From the NCBI RefSeq assembly GCF_009914755.1, contig NC_060937.1: a DNA stretch of 64,000 bases; one strand, 5' to 3'. The translations under genes were made by a program, and so were the position numbers. The notes beneath the pieces are model-generated. The model did not search any database. It was not told where the DNA came from and saw only the letters and a list, made by a program, of their open reading frames with translations. Below, in pieces: positions 63,125-64,000 of the stretch (the stretch's first letter is position 1; every line of letters begins with the position of its first letter). The DNA is from the human T2T-CHM13v2.0 reference genome, Homo sapiens.

Positions 63125-63828
63125 TAATATAAAGTTTACAGTTCCTGGGGTGAAAGCTCAGGCAGACCCTATCTATGCATTATTACAACGTACCATCAAT
63201 TCAAAACCATAAATTTGCAGAAACATCGTTGCTTTAATTCCTAAAATATTGAATATGAATAATAAAAATAATATATGCTTTGTCTTAGAAGCACCTTTTT
63301 AATATGATTGATGTGTATTGATCTGTTTCTTCATTCTAACGTGAACATTTCTGTAACAGTCATTTCCCCTGAAATATCTAACCTGTGGGTACCTGAGACA
63401 GCTTGTCAGTTAGGAAGAACAGTGGTGGCGATAGCCACGTAGGGCTGGTTTGGTCGTGAGTGCAAGTGTGGTTGCAGCAGCTAGAGCAGAGGACTGTGTG
63501 GAGAACATGGGTCAGGTCAGAAGGCAGTAGCCAGGAGGGATGCAGAGTCGAGAGAGAATTTGTTGATTGGAATGACTCAGGTTGACTTTCAGGATGAAGA
63601 GAAGGGGCCAATAGAGAGGGAAGAGAGGACAGTTGATGAGGCAGGCTCCAAGAGAGGAGGGCAAAGCGAGATCAGGGGCTCCAGTGAAATGCCTGAGTGT
63701 GATGAGAAGAGCGCTGTCTTGTGAGGCTAGAGAGGGAACCAAGGATGGGTGGGCCTGGGAAGGCTGGAGAGGTAGCCTGTCAGGGAGCTGCTAACCCACT
63801 TAGAAATACTCTTATTGACATAACAAGG

Positions 63829-64000
63829 TTTTTTGTTTTGGTTTTTTGTTTGTTTGTTTTGAGAGAGCGTTCGCTCGTTCCCCAAGCTGAAATGCAATGG
63901 TGCAGTCTCAGCTCACTGAAACCTCCACCTCCTGGGTTCAAGCGATTCTCCTGCCTCAGCCTCCCGAGTTGCTGGGATTACAGGTGCATGCCACGGGTGC
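63829..64000 (-). mobile_element. Alu right arm, cut by the window edge
   Basis: CTCAGCTCACTG..ACCTCCACCTCCTGGGTTCAAGCGATTCTCCTGCCTCAGCC. Confidence 0.85.

Overview
Human (or great-ape) genomic DNA from inside the PCCA gene (propionyl-CoA carboxylase alpha chain), which is transcribed on the + strand. Only two short in-frame coding exons are present: 5159-5257 ([33 protein letters not shown]) and 28758-28811 (CLSREAGGNMSIQFLGTV). From memory these are exons 20 and 21. The rest is intron, dense in Alus, old L1/L2/MIR fragments, solo LTRs and Tigger/hAT DNA-transposon fossils. I found no new gene system; nearly all ORF-track entries are repeat or low-complexity artefacts. Items most worth a second look: (1) a ~2.35 kb almost pure pyrimidine tract with zoned and higher-order structure, apparently grown from an L2 seed 2.4 kb downstream of the 54-nt exon; (2) a two-segment templated insertion at 36249-36516, one piece direct and one inverted, copied from sequence beside that tract and joined by microhomologies; (3) a four-level nest, Tigger1 > AluS > RPL7L1 processed pseudogene > two further Alus; (4) an antisense ERV1 LTR with a near-consensus p53 element and an intact TATA box; (5) an L1 fragment that may supply the branch point of the 54-nt exon. 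Repeat family names come from recalled consensus sequences and need RepeatMasker/Dfam confirmation. Repeat boundaries are approximate unless target-site duplications (TSDs) are given.
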